Assembly: GCA_965221905.1 (NCBI GenBank)
Contig: OZ244922.1
Span: forward strand, 224,001-288,000
DNA: 64,000 nucleotides
Reading direction: 5' to 3'
Origin: Chloroflexota bacterium
GTDB taxonomy: Bacteria; Chloroflexota; UBA11872; VXOZ01
How positions within the stretch are numbered: position 1 is the stretch's first letter; every line of letters begins with the position of its first letter. Shown here piece by piece: positions 1 through 9,425 of this stretch. The notes beneath the pieces were generated by a model. The model worked only from the letters and a program-made list of their open reading frames with translations, searched no databases and had not been told where the DNA came from. A program made the translations under genes and the position numbers.

Positions 1-341
1 CGTTCGTTGCCTATGGCGTCTTCCGGGCTTGTCGTGGCTTGGGGTTGGCCTGGGCCGTCTTCCTGGCAGCCGCTTTAGCGGACTGGGCTACCTACATCGT
101 CACGGCCGGGCAATTGGCGCTGGCGTGGCCGGCGACGACTGGCGGCGTGCTTGAGTCGTTCATCAAATTCCTCGGCATCTTTTCCATTACGCAGATTCCA
201 TTGGCTATCGCGGAGGGCATCCTTACGGTAATCGTCTTCAACCTGCTCTTGCAGCATAGCCGCGAGGTGCTCGTCGAACAGGGCATTGTCTCTGAGGAGG
301 CACCGGAGCCTGCTCCCGGTCCCACCGCTGCCACGAACTGA
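1..341 (+). CDS. cbiM: Cobalt ECF transporter S component CbiM (5' truncated by window edge)
   Basis: C-terminal motifs FLAAALADWATY..T..QLALA.P and F..TQIPLAIAEGILT; followed by cbiN-Q-O. Confidence 0.9.
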   Translation, partial: FVAYGVFRACRGLGLAWAVFLAAALADWATYIVTAGQLALAWPATTGGVLESFIKFLGIFSITQIPLAIAEGILTVIVFNLLLQHSREVLVEQGIVSEEAPEPAPGPTAATN

Positions 342-395
342 CGGGTTCACTCTATGGCAACGTCGCACTGGAAGGGAACTAGCAGGAGTCAGCAT

Positions 396-896
396 ATGTC
401 ACAAGCAAGACGCAATTGGCTATTGGTGGTTGCCCTCATCCTCTTGGTCGTCGTGCCCTTGGCCTACCGGGGTTGGGTAGCGGAAGGCACGGAATGGGGC
501 GGAGCGGACATGCAAGGCGTTGCGGCCGTGGAAGAGTTGGCCGGCGAAGACTTCGAGCCATGGTTTGAGCCAATCTTTTCCCCTAATGACCTAGAACGCT
601 ACTTCTTTGGATTACAGGCGTTGCTGGGCACGCTCCTTGTGGCCGGCATAGTCGGCTGGATACTGGGCCGCTCCCGTGCCCGGCATGGAATAGAAAGCGG
701 GGCCGATATGGCGATTGCAGGTGTGCTCTGCGCCATTGGCGTGGTTTTGGCTATCGCGCTGTTCTTCGTGGAGACGGACTTTGGCGAGCTTCAGGCGACG
801 ATTTCCGCCTCGCAAGGCATTGGTCTCGGGCTCTTGGCGTTCTTCATCGGTTATCCCTTGGGCCGGCGCGCCGGGGGCGAAATGAGCACACAGTAG
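396..896 (+). CDS. cbiN: Cobalt transport protein CbiN, C-terminally extended
   Basis: TM helix, WGGAD, PWFEPIF, LE.YFF.LQ motifs; AGGAG RBS before ATG 396. Confidence 0.8.
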   Translation: MSQARRNWLLVVALILLVVVPLAYRGWVAEGTEWGGADMQGVAAVEELAGEDFEPWFEPIFSPNDLERYFFGLQALLGTLLVAGIVGWILGRSRARHGIESGADMAIAGVLCAIGVVLAIALFFVETDFGELQATISASQGIGLGLLAFFIGYPLGRRAGGEMSTQ

Positions 897-962
897 TCAG
901 CGGCCGCCATCGTTCCGCTCGCGCTTGGACGTGACCGACCGGCGGCGGTTGAGGAGCAAGCG

Positions 963-1742
963 ATGCATCCTTTCCCCATTGATTTGTACGCCTATCACAA
1001 TAGGCTGCGGGACGCACACCCGGCGGAGAAGATGCTATTTTCCGGCCTCACCATGCTCGTCTGCCTCATCGCGAGCTCGCCATTGGTAGCGCTCCTGGCC
1101 CTCGCCTTCGTGACGGTCGCCGTAGTACGCGTAGCCGGCATTCCCCTGCGGGCTTTCTGGTACTTTATACGCCTGCCGGCGGGCTTCATCCTGCTCGGCG
1201 TGCTCACCTTGGCGATTACGTCGGTAGACCCGGCCAACCCGGAGACACTGGTGGCGCTGCCTCTCGGCCCGTGGCACGTCGGCGTGATGGAAAGCAGTTT
1301 GGCGCGCGCCGTGCAGGTCACGTCGGTGTCCTTTGCGTGCGTTGGAAGTATGTTGGCGTTGGCGCTGACGACGCCGATGGTGGACATCACCGATCAACTG
1401 CGGAAGTGGCGCGTACCCCAGTTGTTCATCGAACTAATGGTGCTGATGTATCGGTTCATCTTCGTGTTCATCGAGACCGCGCAGGCGATGTATATCGCTC
1501 AGAATGCCCGCCTCGGCTACAGCAACTGGCGGCGTTCGCTGCATTCGGTGGGCATGCTCGCCGCCAATCTCTACTTGCGTTCGCAGACGCGGGCAGCGGC
1601 GCTATTCACCGCGCTGACGGCCCGGGGCTATACCGGTGAGTTGCGCGTGCTCACGGCGCAGCCCATGTGGTCGCGCCGCAACCTCGCATTAATCGCCGGT
1701 GTCGAGAGCGTGCTGCTCTTGGCAACTATCGCAACCTGGTAA
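963..1742 (+). CDS. cbiQ: Cobalt ECF transporter T component CbiQ
   Basis: Hydrophobic; LMYRFIF, QNARLGY, ARGY motifs; GAGGAG RBS. Confidence 0.92.
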   Translation: MHPFPIDLYAYHNRLRDAHPAEKMLFSGLTMLVCLIASSPLVALLALAFVTVAVVRVAGIPLRAFWYFIRLPAGFILLGVLTLAITSVDPANPETLVALPLGPWHVGVMESSLARAVQVTSVSFACVGSMLALALTTPMVDITDQLRKWRVPQLFIELMVLMYRFIFVFIETAQAMYIAQNARLGYSNWRRSLHSVGMLAANLYLRSQTRAAALFTALTARGYTGELRVLTAQPMWSRRNLALIAGVESVLLLATIATW

Positions 1743-1752
1743 AGGGTATTGC

Positions 1753-2766
1753 ATGAGTCTCGTTGATACTGGCGATACGCATTCACCCAACGTTGCGCTC
1801 CCCACCGGCTTGCAGGAACCGGAGGAGTTGATTGCGGCCGGACGCAACGACGGCGAACTCGCGGCGCACCAGACCGCGGCAACTGCGGCAAGTGCCGCGC
1901 CTCCCGTGCTGGCGGCTGAGGGCGTTACGTTTGCATATCCCGACGGCACCGTGGCGCTGCACGATCTTTCTCTAACACTGCCGCAAGGCCGCCGCGTTGC
2001 CATCCTGGGCGCCAACGGCTGTGGCAAAACGACATTGTTCCTGCAATTCAACGGCATATTGCGGCCCTCCGCCGGCACGATCTTGCACAACGGCGAACCG
2101 ATTCGATACGACCGGGAAGCAATGCGCGAATTGCGCCGCCGCGTGGGTCTGGTGTTCCAGGACCCGGATTCGCAACTCTTTGCCTCCAGTGTCCGGCAAG
2201 ACGTCTCCTTTGGGCCGCTGAACTTGGGGTGGTCTGAAGAGCACGTGCGCGCCAAGGTAGAACAGGTAATTGCGGATACTAATTTGGCCGAACTGGCGGA
2301 ACGCCCCACGCACATGCTGAGCTACGGTCAAAAGAAGCGGGTTGCGATTGCCGGCGTGCTCGTGATGGAGCCGGAGGTCGTTATTGCCGACGAACCTACC
2401 GCCGGCCTCGATCCGGAAACTACCGGTCGGGTTCTCAACTTACTCGATACTATGCACCATGCCGGCCGGAGCATCGTCATCTCTACGCACGACGTAGAGT
2501 TGGCGCTGGCTTGGGCAGACCATGTGATCGTACTGGATAAAGGCCGGCTCCTTGCGGAAGGCCCTCCTGATTCCGTGCTTGCGGATGACCCGCTGCTACG
2601 CGAGGCCGGACTGCTGCAGCCCCTCGTGGTTGAGGCCTATCGCCAATTGTGTACTGCAGGACTGCTCCCGTCTTCAGCCGCCGTGCCTCGCACAGTGAAT
2701 GACTTGACTGGGCTGGTGGTCAGGCACGCACAGAGGCGCACCTCCACCGACGGCCCGCCCGACTGA
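1753..2766 (+). CDS. cbiO: Cobalt ECF transporter ATPase CbiO
   Basis: Walker A GANGCGKT, FQDPDSQLF, LSYGQKKR, DEPTAGLD; start uncertain. Confidence 0.9.
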   Translation: MSLVDTGDTHSPNVALPTGLQEPEELIAAGRNDGELAAHQTAATAASAAPPVLAAEGVTFAYPDGTVALHDLSLTLPQGRRVAILGANGCGKTTLFLQFNGILRPSAGTILHNGEPIRYDREAMRELRRRVGLVFQDPDSQLFASSVRQDVSFGPLNLGWSEEHVRAKVEQVIADTNLAELAERPTHMLSYGQKKRVAIAGVLVMEPEVVIADEPTAGLDPETTGRVLNLLDTMHHAGRSIVISTHDVELALAWADHVIVLDKGRLLAEGPPDSVLADDPLLREAGLLQPLVVEAYRQLCTAGLLPSSAAVPRTVNDLTGLVVRHAQRRTSTDGPPD

Positions 2767-2895
2767 TCCTCAAGATGACGCCCAGGGCTTCCTATCGGCC
2801 GGATCGCAGTCCGGCGGAGAGCGTGTGCGGTCACGAAGCGGTGCGCCTATCACACTCGCCATTACACGCTCTATAAAGAGCGCTCAGCCAACGAT

Positions 2896-2977
2896 GCATT
2901 ATAGAAAAGAGCACTGCACTATAGAAAAAAGCACTCTCCGTTCGCCCTGAGCTTGTCGAAGGGTGAACGGAGAGTGC
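2896..2977. repeat. Two 20-bp direct repeats adjoining a family-C palindromic element (possible bidirectional terminator)
   Basis: gcattatagaaaagagcact/gcactatagaaaaaagcact then gcactctccgttcgccct...agggtgaacggagagtgc between convergent genes. Confidence 0.75.
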
Positions 2978-2993
2978 CTCTCATTCGGCGCTC

Positions 2994-3998
2994 TTATGCC
3001 ATGCGATCGTAGGTTTCGAGGGTGATGGGGTAGAGCAGCGGCTCGTTGCTAAGGAAGCGTTCCAACTCATCCACCATGGCCGCGCCCTGGCGCATACGCG
3101 TATCGTCGGAGAGACCGGCCATGTGCGGCGTCAGGAAGACGTTTTCCATCCCACGCAGCGGGCTATCTTGGGCTAACGGCTCCGGGTTGAACACGTCGAG
3201 CACGGCGCGGATGCGGCCGGTAGCCAGCTCGGCAATCATGGCATGCTGGTCAACCGCCCGCGCCCGCGCATTGTTGATGAATACAGCCCCGTCTTGCAAT
3301 GCCTTGAAGTGCGCGGCCTTCACCATGCCGTCCGTCTCCGGGGTCGTGGGCGCATGATTCGCGATGACGCGGCACGTGCTGAAGAGCTCTTCCAGCGAGA
3401 CGCGGGTTACGTTGAGCGCGGCGGCGCGTTCGTCAGGAAGATAGGGATCGTAGACCGCGATCGGCATACCAAAGCCCTGCAGCTTCTTGATCACGCGCTG
3501 CGCCACGTAACCGCAGCCGATAAGGCCGACGCGCTGTGCTTCCAAGAGATTGCCGCCGGTAGCGCGCGACTCCGACCAGGACTTGCCCTCATGAATCAAC
3601 GCATTTTGCCGGTGGGGCCAGCGCAGACCCAGCAGCATGCCCAGCACCGTAAACTCGGCGACGGCTTCCGCAATCATCGGCGCGGCGTGGGTTAACGCAA
3701 TCCCTTGCGTGAGCGCCGCTTTGGGAATGAGTCGCCGGATGCTCCCGGCGCTGTGGGCGATGATGCGCAAATCGGTCGCGGCAGTCAAGACCTCCGATGT
3801 AATCTCCGGCGACCCCCAGCCCGTGATTAAGGCTGTGCATCCGGTGATTTGCTCTGTCAAGTCCGCGCTCGATAGCTTTCCGTCATGGTCGCCGCCGCGC
3901 ACGGTGAAGAGTGCGGCGAGGCGTTCCTCACTTGCGGCCGAAAAGAGACTTGTCCGCAGCGTCTTGGTGATGGCGATGAATGCTTCCGGTTTTGGCAC
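2994..3998 (-). CDS. D-isomer specific 2-hydroxyacid dehydrogenase
   Basis: GLIGCGYVA Rossmann motif, FINNAR, LDVF.PEP, TPHMAG. Confidence 0.9.
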   Translation of the reverse strand: MPKPEAFIAITKTLRTSLFSAASEERLAALFTVRGGDHDGKLSSADLTEQITGCTALITGWGSPEITSEVLTAATDLRIIAHSAGSIRRLIPKAALTQGIALTHAAPMIAEAVAEFTVLGMLLGLRWPHRQNALIHEGKSWSESRATGGNLLEAQRVGLIGCGYVAQRVIKKLQGFGMPIAVYDPYLPDERAAALNVTRVSLEELFSTCRVIANHAPTTPETDGMVKAAHFKALQDGAVFINNARARAVDQHAMIAELATGRIRAVLDVFNPEPLAQDSPLRGMENVFLTPHMAGLSDDTRMRQGAAMVDELERFLSNEPLLYPITLETYDRMA

Positions 3999-4157
3999 TG
4001 GAATGCTCCCTGTGGTGCAGCGAGGTACGAATCTCGTGAACTCTACCGTATGCTACCAGAAAGGAAATGTGCGAGGGATGCCCACAGCTCTCCCGATTTT
4101 GTGCCGGGTTGCCTGCCGGACAGGAAGTGGAGCGTTCGGCTTAATCGTGTATCATCG

Positions 4158-4184
4158 GTAGGAGCACGGCATGCTGTGCCCCTA
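4158..4184. repeat. GTAG-type REP, family G (also 9211-9238, 57618-57645)
   Basis: gtagg(a/g)gc...gcccctac hairpins with variable centre. Confidence 0.75.
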
Positions 4185-4246
4185 ATCGTCGCCGCGGCGC
4201 TGGATCTGCCGTGCATGACTACGCTCTACAATTGCCCGCAAACCCC

Positions 4247-4275
4247 TTGACTATACCAATGACCTCTTATATGCT
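4247..4275 (+). promoter_or_regulatory. Sigma70-like promoter of the substrate-binding protein gene
   Basis: TTGACT-17 nt-TATGCT. Confidence 0.6.
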
Positions 4276-4318
4276 ACTGCCAAATAGGTGTCTACACGGA
4301 AGCGAGGAGGAATTCGCA

Positions 4319-5608
4319 ATGTCGCGGTTCTTGCGAGTGTTGATTCTATCCATAACAGCAGTCGTGCTGATGCTGTTTACGGCTGCGTGCGCTTCTACGC
4401 CGGACGCAGAGCCGGAAATGGCCGAGAAGGAAGAAATGGCGGCCGCGCCAACCGTAAAGATTGGCGTGCTGCTTCCCTTTACCGGGCCGCTGGGCGAGTT
4501 TGGCGCGGCGTTCCAGAAGGCAGCAGCCCTCGCCGAGGAGCACCTGTCGCAGGGTGGCTATCCGGTCGAGATTGTGTACGGCGATACTGAGACGAACCCG
4601 ACGGCTGCCGTCGGGGCGGCCCGCAAACTGGTAGACGTAGACCAGGTGCACGTGGTGGTTGGCGCTGCGGCCAGTAGCTCCAGTTTGGCCGTCGCTGAAT
4701 CTGTGACGATTCCAAAGGGCGTACCCCAGATTTCTTACGCCTCTACCTCGCCGCTGCTCACGATATTGCCGGCTGATGAGGGCCAGGACTTCCTCTTCCG
4801 CACCGTGCCGTCGGATGCGCTCCAAGGGGTGGTGCTTGCCGGCGTGGCGGTCGAGCAAGGATACAATAACGTTGCGATCATCTACGTCAACAACCCGTAC
4901 GGCCAGGGCTTGAAGGATAACTTCCAGGTCGCGTTCGAGGCTGCAGGAGGAACGGTGAGCGCCGCCGTGCCCCACGATGAAGCGGTAGCTACCACCTATG
5001 TTGCGGAGCTGCGCAAAGCAATCGAGGGTGAGCCCGAAGTGCTGCTGGCGCTGAGTTACGCCGGCCACGCCACTATTTACCTGCGGGAAGCCATTGAGAA
5101 CGACTTCATCACGAAGTTTCTCTTTGTGGACGGCACCAGATCGGAGCAGATCATCGAGGCCGTTGGGGCGGCAAACCTTGAAGGCATGTTGGGTACGGCG
5201 CCGGGCTCTGCCGAAACTCAGTCGCTTGAGTTCTTCACGGCAGACTACCAGGCGAAGTACGGCGAGTTGCCTCCGCTGCCGTTCATGACCAACGTCTACG
5301 ACTCCATTGTGATTGCGGCCTTGGCGGCACTAGCAGCAGAGGTTTCCGGTGCAGAGGTTACGCCCGCTGCAGTGCGCGACATGCTGCGTACGGTTTCCAA
5401 TCCTGACGGAGACGTAGTAGCAGCAGGCGCGGCCGGAGTAAAGGCAGCCATCGATACCCTCCGCGCGGGCGGCAGTATCAACTACGAGGGCGCGGCGGGC
5501 GCACATGACTTCGATGCGAGTGGTGACGTGGTCACGCCAATCGAAGTCTGGCGCTATGCCGGCGGCACCATCGAGAGTGTGCGCACGGAGGAGGTCACAT
5601 TAGAGTAG
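4319..5608 (+). CDS. Branched-chain amino acid-type ABC substrate-binding lipoprotein (orphan)
   Basis: Lipobox TAAC; KIGVLLPFTG, QISYASTSP, FFRT-like FLFRT, NNPYGQG; GAGGAGG RBS. Confidence 0.88.
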   Translation: MSRFLRVLILSITAVVLMLFTAACASTPDAEPEMAEKEEMAAAPTVKIGVLLPFTGPLGEFGAAFQKAAALAEEHLSQGGYPVEIVYGDTETNPTAAVGAARKLVDVDQVHVVVGAAASSSSLAVAESVTIPKGVPQISYASTSPLLTILPADEGQDFLFRTVPSDALQGVVLAGVAVEQGYNNVAIIYVNNPYGQGLKDNFQVAFEAAGGTVSAAVPHDEAVATTYVAELRKAIEGEPEVLLALSYAGHATIYLREAIENDFITKFLFVDGTRSEQIIEAVGAANLEGMLGTAPGSAETQSLEFFTADYQAKYGELPPLPFMTNVYDSIVIAALAALAAEVSGAEVTPAAVRDMLRTVSNPDGDVVAAGAAGVKAAIDTLRAGGSINYEGAAGAHDFDASGDVVTPIEVWRYAGGTIESVRTEEVTLE

Positions 5609-5640
5609 TCTTCTACATAGACTTTGCTAGAGGATGTTTG

Positions 5641-5676
5641 CAGAAGGCTGGCGCTACGCCAGCCTTCTGTGTTTTT
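5641..5676 (+). terminator. Rho-independent terminator
   Basis: cagaaggctggcg-cta-cgccagccttctg followed by tgttttt. Confidence 0.8.
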
Positions 5677-5705
5677 GCGGCGCATCAAACCAGCGCAATT
5701 GGCCC

Positions 5706-6070
5706 TATGGTTCGGCAGGTTTCTTTTGATGGACTAGAGCACCGGTAGCGCAGGTTTGTAACCTGCGGCTTCTTCCCGTGAAAATGGGCGATCGCGCCAA
5801 TCCGAAGGGTTGAACACAGGTTACAAACCTGTGCTTCCGTTTACGCCATTGAACAATACAAAGAGCTGAAATTGCAGTTTCTGCGACGCATTGAATCTGT
5901 GCAAGTGGTCCTTACGGTTCGGCAAGTTTGTCTTGATGGACTAGAGCACCGGTAGCGCAGGTTTGTAACCTGCGGCTTCTTCCCGTGAAAATGGGCGATC
6001 ACGCCAATCAGAAGGGTTGAGCACAGGTTTGTAACCTGTGCTACCGTTTACGCTATTCATCAATGAAAAG
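5706..6070. repeat. Two direct repeats (period 207 bp), each carrying a family-A REP doublet
   Basis: ggactagagcaccggtagcgcaggtttgtaacctgcggcttcttcccgtgaaaatgggcgatc at 5731 and 5938. Confidence 0.9.
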
Positions 6071-6099
6071 TAGCTCAACTACTATTGAACTCCTGCTGC

Positions 6100-6226
6100 G
6101 AAACCGTACGTGCTGAGCTTGCCTGTCCTGAGCCTGTCGAAGGGTCGAAGCATGAACGGTTTCATTTGTGTCCATTCCCTTGAATCCTTTTGTCGCCAAA
6201 CCGTAGCGCGGGGGCTTGTCCCCCGC
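6100..6226. repeat. Family-C REP with nested insert plus family-B REP
   Basis: ccgtacgtgctgagctt[gcctg..]tcgaagcatgaacgg; gtagcgcgggggcttgtcccccgc at 6203. Confidence 0.8.
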
Positions 6227-6355
6227 TCCGTTTCGCGTGTGGGGCAGGCCGTGTGGTACAGCACCTAACACCCCGCAGAGTCTATAATCAAGGGAGAAAT
6301 ACGTGCCCTTAACTATTTCACCAAGCACGGCAGCGCATAGAGGAGAAACCACCGC

Positions 6356-7183
6356 ATGACGACGAAGTACCTATACGGCAAGATGACGTGGCCGGAGATC
6401 AAAGAAGCGGCGGCGCAAAAGCGAGTAGCCCTGTTGCCTACGGGATGCATCGAAGATCACGGCCCGCACTTGCCCTTGGACGTGGACGTGCTCCTGCCCA
6501 CTACCATCTGCGAACGCGCGGCGGCGCTTGTCCCGGACCAGTGCGTCGTAGTTCCGGCGGTTGCCCACGGCTACGATCCGCACCACCTGGACTTTCCCGG
6601 AGTAATCCACGTGGACGGCCACGTCTTCGTGCGCTACCTCGTGGACATTTGCAAGTCGCTTATTCATCATGGCTTTACGCGCATCATCATGCTCAACGGC
6701 CACGGCAGCAATACCGCCTTTACCGAGGTGGCCGCCCGGTTGGCGGTGATCGAGACCGAGGGCGTGGGGCTGGTCTATGCACTCAACCACTGGGGCATCG
6801 CCGAGGTGCGCCGTGTGGTGGCCGAACTGCGCGACTCACCTCATGGCGGCATGTCCCACGGCGGCGAGTTGGAAACAAGCCTCTATCTGGCCATCGATCC
6901 GGATAACGTCTACATGGACCTGGCGGCAGAGGAGATTCCGGACGATGTGCCGATGAGCTTGGGTGGGTGGAACGACCTGGTCGCAGGCCGCCATCCCGAT
7001 GCCAACCACGTGGCAGCGATGCCGTATTGGAGCACGTTTTCTAAGACCGGCGTGCGCGGCGATCCCACGGTAGCGACTGCTGAGAAAGGTCGCAAGTTTC
7101 TGGATGCCGGCGCGCGTGGCTTGGCCCAGATGGTACGCGATTTGCGGGAACTCGAAATCAACCCGCGCGTCGACCACCACTAG
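6356..7183 (+). CDS. Creatininase family amidohydrolase
   Basis: EDHGPHLPLDVD, NGHGSN, HGGELETS, GDPT.AT.EKG. Confidence 0.92.
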   Translation: MTTKYLYGKMTWPEIKEAAAQKRVALLPTGCIEDHGPHLPLDVDVLLPTTICERAAALVPDQCVVVPAVAHGYDPHHLDFPGVIHVDGHVFVRYLVDICKSLIHHGFTRIIMLNGHGSNTAFTEVAARLAVIETEGVGLVYALNHWGIAEVRRVVAELRDSPHGGMSHGGELETSLYLAIDPDNVYMDLAAEEIPDDVPMSLGGWNDLVAGRHPDANHVAAMPYWSTFSKTGVRGDPTVATAEKGRKFLDAGARGLAQMVRDLRELEINPRVDHH

Positions 7184-7244
7184 AAACGGCCTGTGCCGTA
7201 TCCGATCGTAAGCCCGTGTTTGCGGTGCGAGTCGGGTTAGAACT

Positions 7245-7325
7245 GTAGCGCGGGGGTTAGTCCCATGGGATGTCTGCTTGAAGAATGTAGCGCGGGGGCT
7301 TGTCCCCCGCTGGGATGTCTGCCGA
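7245..7325. repeat. Tandem pair (period 42 bp) of family-B REP
   Basis: gtagcgcggggg...tgggatgtctgc at 7245 and 7287. Confidence 0.75.
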
Positions 7326-7427
7326 ATTTGATAGTAGTAGCCCGTGCCTCCGACGCGCTTTCGGTGCCGCGGGCATAGGTCTGGTGCCTACGCAAGTAAA
7401 CTGCATTGATACAAGGAGTACCGCCAT

Positions 7428-9131
7428 TTGAAGACCTCCGATTCCTCTGCAACCCCGGCAGAGCCCTTTTCCCCTGAATCCAGCGAAAAGCCCCAGTCCC
7501 GCCACGCTGGCGAAGAGCTTCAATCTCGTCAATCCGACGAAGAGCCCGTACTCCGTCATTCCGGCGAAAGCCGGAATCCATCTTCTCCGGCCTCCAAGAC
7601 CCGCGAATGCGTGGTCGTGCTCGACTTCGGCTCCCAGTACAGCCCGCTGATCGTGCGCCGCATCCGCGAATGCGGCGTCTACGCGGAACTCATGCCCTAC
7701 GACGCCGACGAGGAGACGGTGCGTGCCCTCAATCCGCGGGCCTTGGTGCTCTCCGGGGGGCCGGCGAGCGCCTACGCGCCGGGCGCGCCGCGCCCGCAAC
7801 CCTACGTCTGGCAGGGCAAGCTGCCGGTCTTGGGTATCTGCTATGGCATGCAGCTCATGGCCCAGGCGTTGGGCGGCAGCGTGGCCCCCGCCGACAGGCG
7901 CGAATACGGGCACGCCATGATCCATGCGCAGCAGTCAGCCGGTGTCTTTGCCGACATCGCGCCTGACCAGGACGTGTGGATGAGTCACGGCGACCACATT
8001 ACGGCACTGCCGCCGGGCTTCCAGGTGCTGGCCTCGTCGGCCAATTCGCCTATTGCCGCCATGGGCAACGCACAAGGCATGATCGGCTTTCAGTTTCATC
8101 CCGAAGTGGCGCACACGCCCCAGGGGACGGCGATCCTGCGCAACTTCCTCTTTAAAGTCTGCGGCCTGCGCGGCGATTGGACGCCCGCCGCCTTCATCGA
8201 TGAAGCCGTGGCGCAGATTCAGCGGCAGGTGGGCGCGCAGCGGGTCATTCTGGCGCTTTCCGGTGGCGTCGATTCCACCGTGGCGGCGGCGCTCCTGCAT
8301 CGCGCCATTGGCGACCGGCTCATTAGCGTATTCGTGGACAACGGCCTGTTGCGTCTCAACGAACCGGCGCAGGTGGAGGAAAGCCTCACACAACTCGGCA
8401 TTCCGGTCCGGCGGGTGGACGCCCGCGAACTTTTTTTAGAAGCGTTAGCGGATGTCGCCGATCCGGAAGCAAAGAGGCGCATCATCGGCGAGACGTTCAT
8501 TGACGTGTTCGAGGACGAGGCTACGCGCCACGCGCCGGTGGACTTCCTAGCGCAGGGAACCATTTATTCCGACGTGATCGAGAGCCGCGCGCCGGATTCG
8601 AAAGCCGCCTCGCGCATCAAGAGCCACCACAACGTGGGCGGCCTGCCGGACACCATGCGCCTCACCCTCGTCGAGCCGCTGCGCAAGCTCTTCAAAGACG
8701 AGGTGCGCACCGTGGGCGAGGAGTTGGGGCTGCCCCACGAGCTTGTCTGTCGGCACCCGTTCCCGGGGCCGGGTCTGGCCGTGCGCGTGCTCGGCGCGGT
8801 GAACGACGCGAAACTGCACATTGTGCGCCTGACGGACGCAATTCTCACCGAGGAACTGCGCGCCGCCGGGCTCTATGAAAAACTGTGGCAGGTCCTTGCC
8901 GTGCTGCCCAACGTGCAGAGCGTCGGCGTGATGGGCGACGAGCGCACCTACGACCACCTGGTTGCCCTGCGCGCCATCGAGAGCCAGGACGCCATGACCG
9001 CCAACTGGGCCCACATCCCCCACGACGTGCTGGCCCGCATCTCCAGCCGCATCGTCAACGAAGTCCCCCACGTCAACCGCGTGGTCTACGACATCACCAA
9101 CAAACCCCCGGCGACCATCGAATGGGAATAA
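7428..9131 (+). CDS. guaA: GMP synthase (glutamine-hydrolysing) with repeat-derived N-terminal extension
   Basis: [43 protein letters not shown]; AAGGAG RBS before TTG 7428 (start uncertain). Confidence 0.97.
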   Translation: MKTSDSSATPAEPFSPESSEKPQSRHAGEELQSRQSDEEPVLRHSGESRNPSSPASKTRECVVVLDFGSQYSPLIVRRIRECGVYAELMPYDADEETVRALNPRALVLSGGPASAYAPGAPRPQPYVWQGKLPVLGICYGMQLMAQALGGSVAPADRREYGHAMIHAQQSAGVFADIAPDQDVWMSHGDHITALPPGFQVLASSANSPIAAMGNAQGMIGFQFHPEVAHTPQGTAILRNFLFKVCGLRGDWTPAAFIDEAVAQIQRQVGAQRVILALSGGVDSTVAAALLHRAIGDRLISVFVDNGLLRLNEPAQVEESLTQLGIPVRRVDARELFLEALADVADPEAKRRIIGETFIDVFEDEATRHAPVDFLAQGTIYSDVIESRAPDSKAASRIKSHHNVGGLPDTMRLTLVEPLRKLFKDEVRTVGEELGLPHELVCRHPFPGPGLAVRVLGAVNDAKLHIVRLTDAILTEELRAAGLYEKLWQVLAVLPNVQSVGVMGDERTYDHLVALRAIESQDAMTANWAHIPHDVLARISSRIVNEVPHVNRVVYDITNKPPATIEWE

Positions 9132-9210
9132 GCGGCATTGTCTGCCACCGCTAGAGTGGTGGGGCCCGCCCTCGCCCTCGATGTTCCCGCATGAGTGAGA
9201 TAATTCACCC

Positions 9211-9308
9211 GTAGGGGCACGACATGTCGTGTCCCTACGCCGTTGTGCCCGCGGTTGAGGCGATTTCAACCCTCACCCCGGCCCTCCTCCCAGTCATGGG
9301 AGAGGGGG
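9211..9308. repeat. Family-G and family-F palindromic elements (family F also 13218-13243, 26541-26597, 31976-32009)
   Basis: gtaggggcacgacatgtcgtgtccctac; ccctcaccccggccctcctcccagtcatgggagagggg. Confidence 0.75.
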
Positions 9309-9425
9309 TCGTTGGAGCGGGACGAGGGAGTGCCAGGGTCTTCTGTGGTGTTCGGCCGCAGGAGAGAAGTGCTTGGCCCGTGTTGGCGAACTGCGAGCAA
9401 GTATGCAGGTTCTGCTCAGGCTGAC

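Noticed and set aside
9090-9425. guaA 3' end as a genomic-island attachment site
   Set aside because: No integrase follows and no duplicate of the guaA 3' end was seen in the window.
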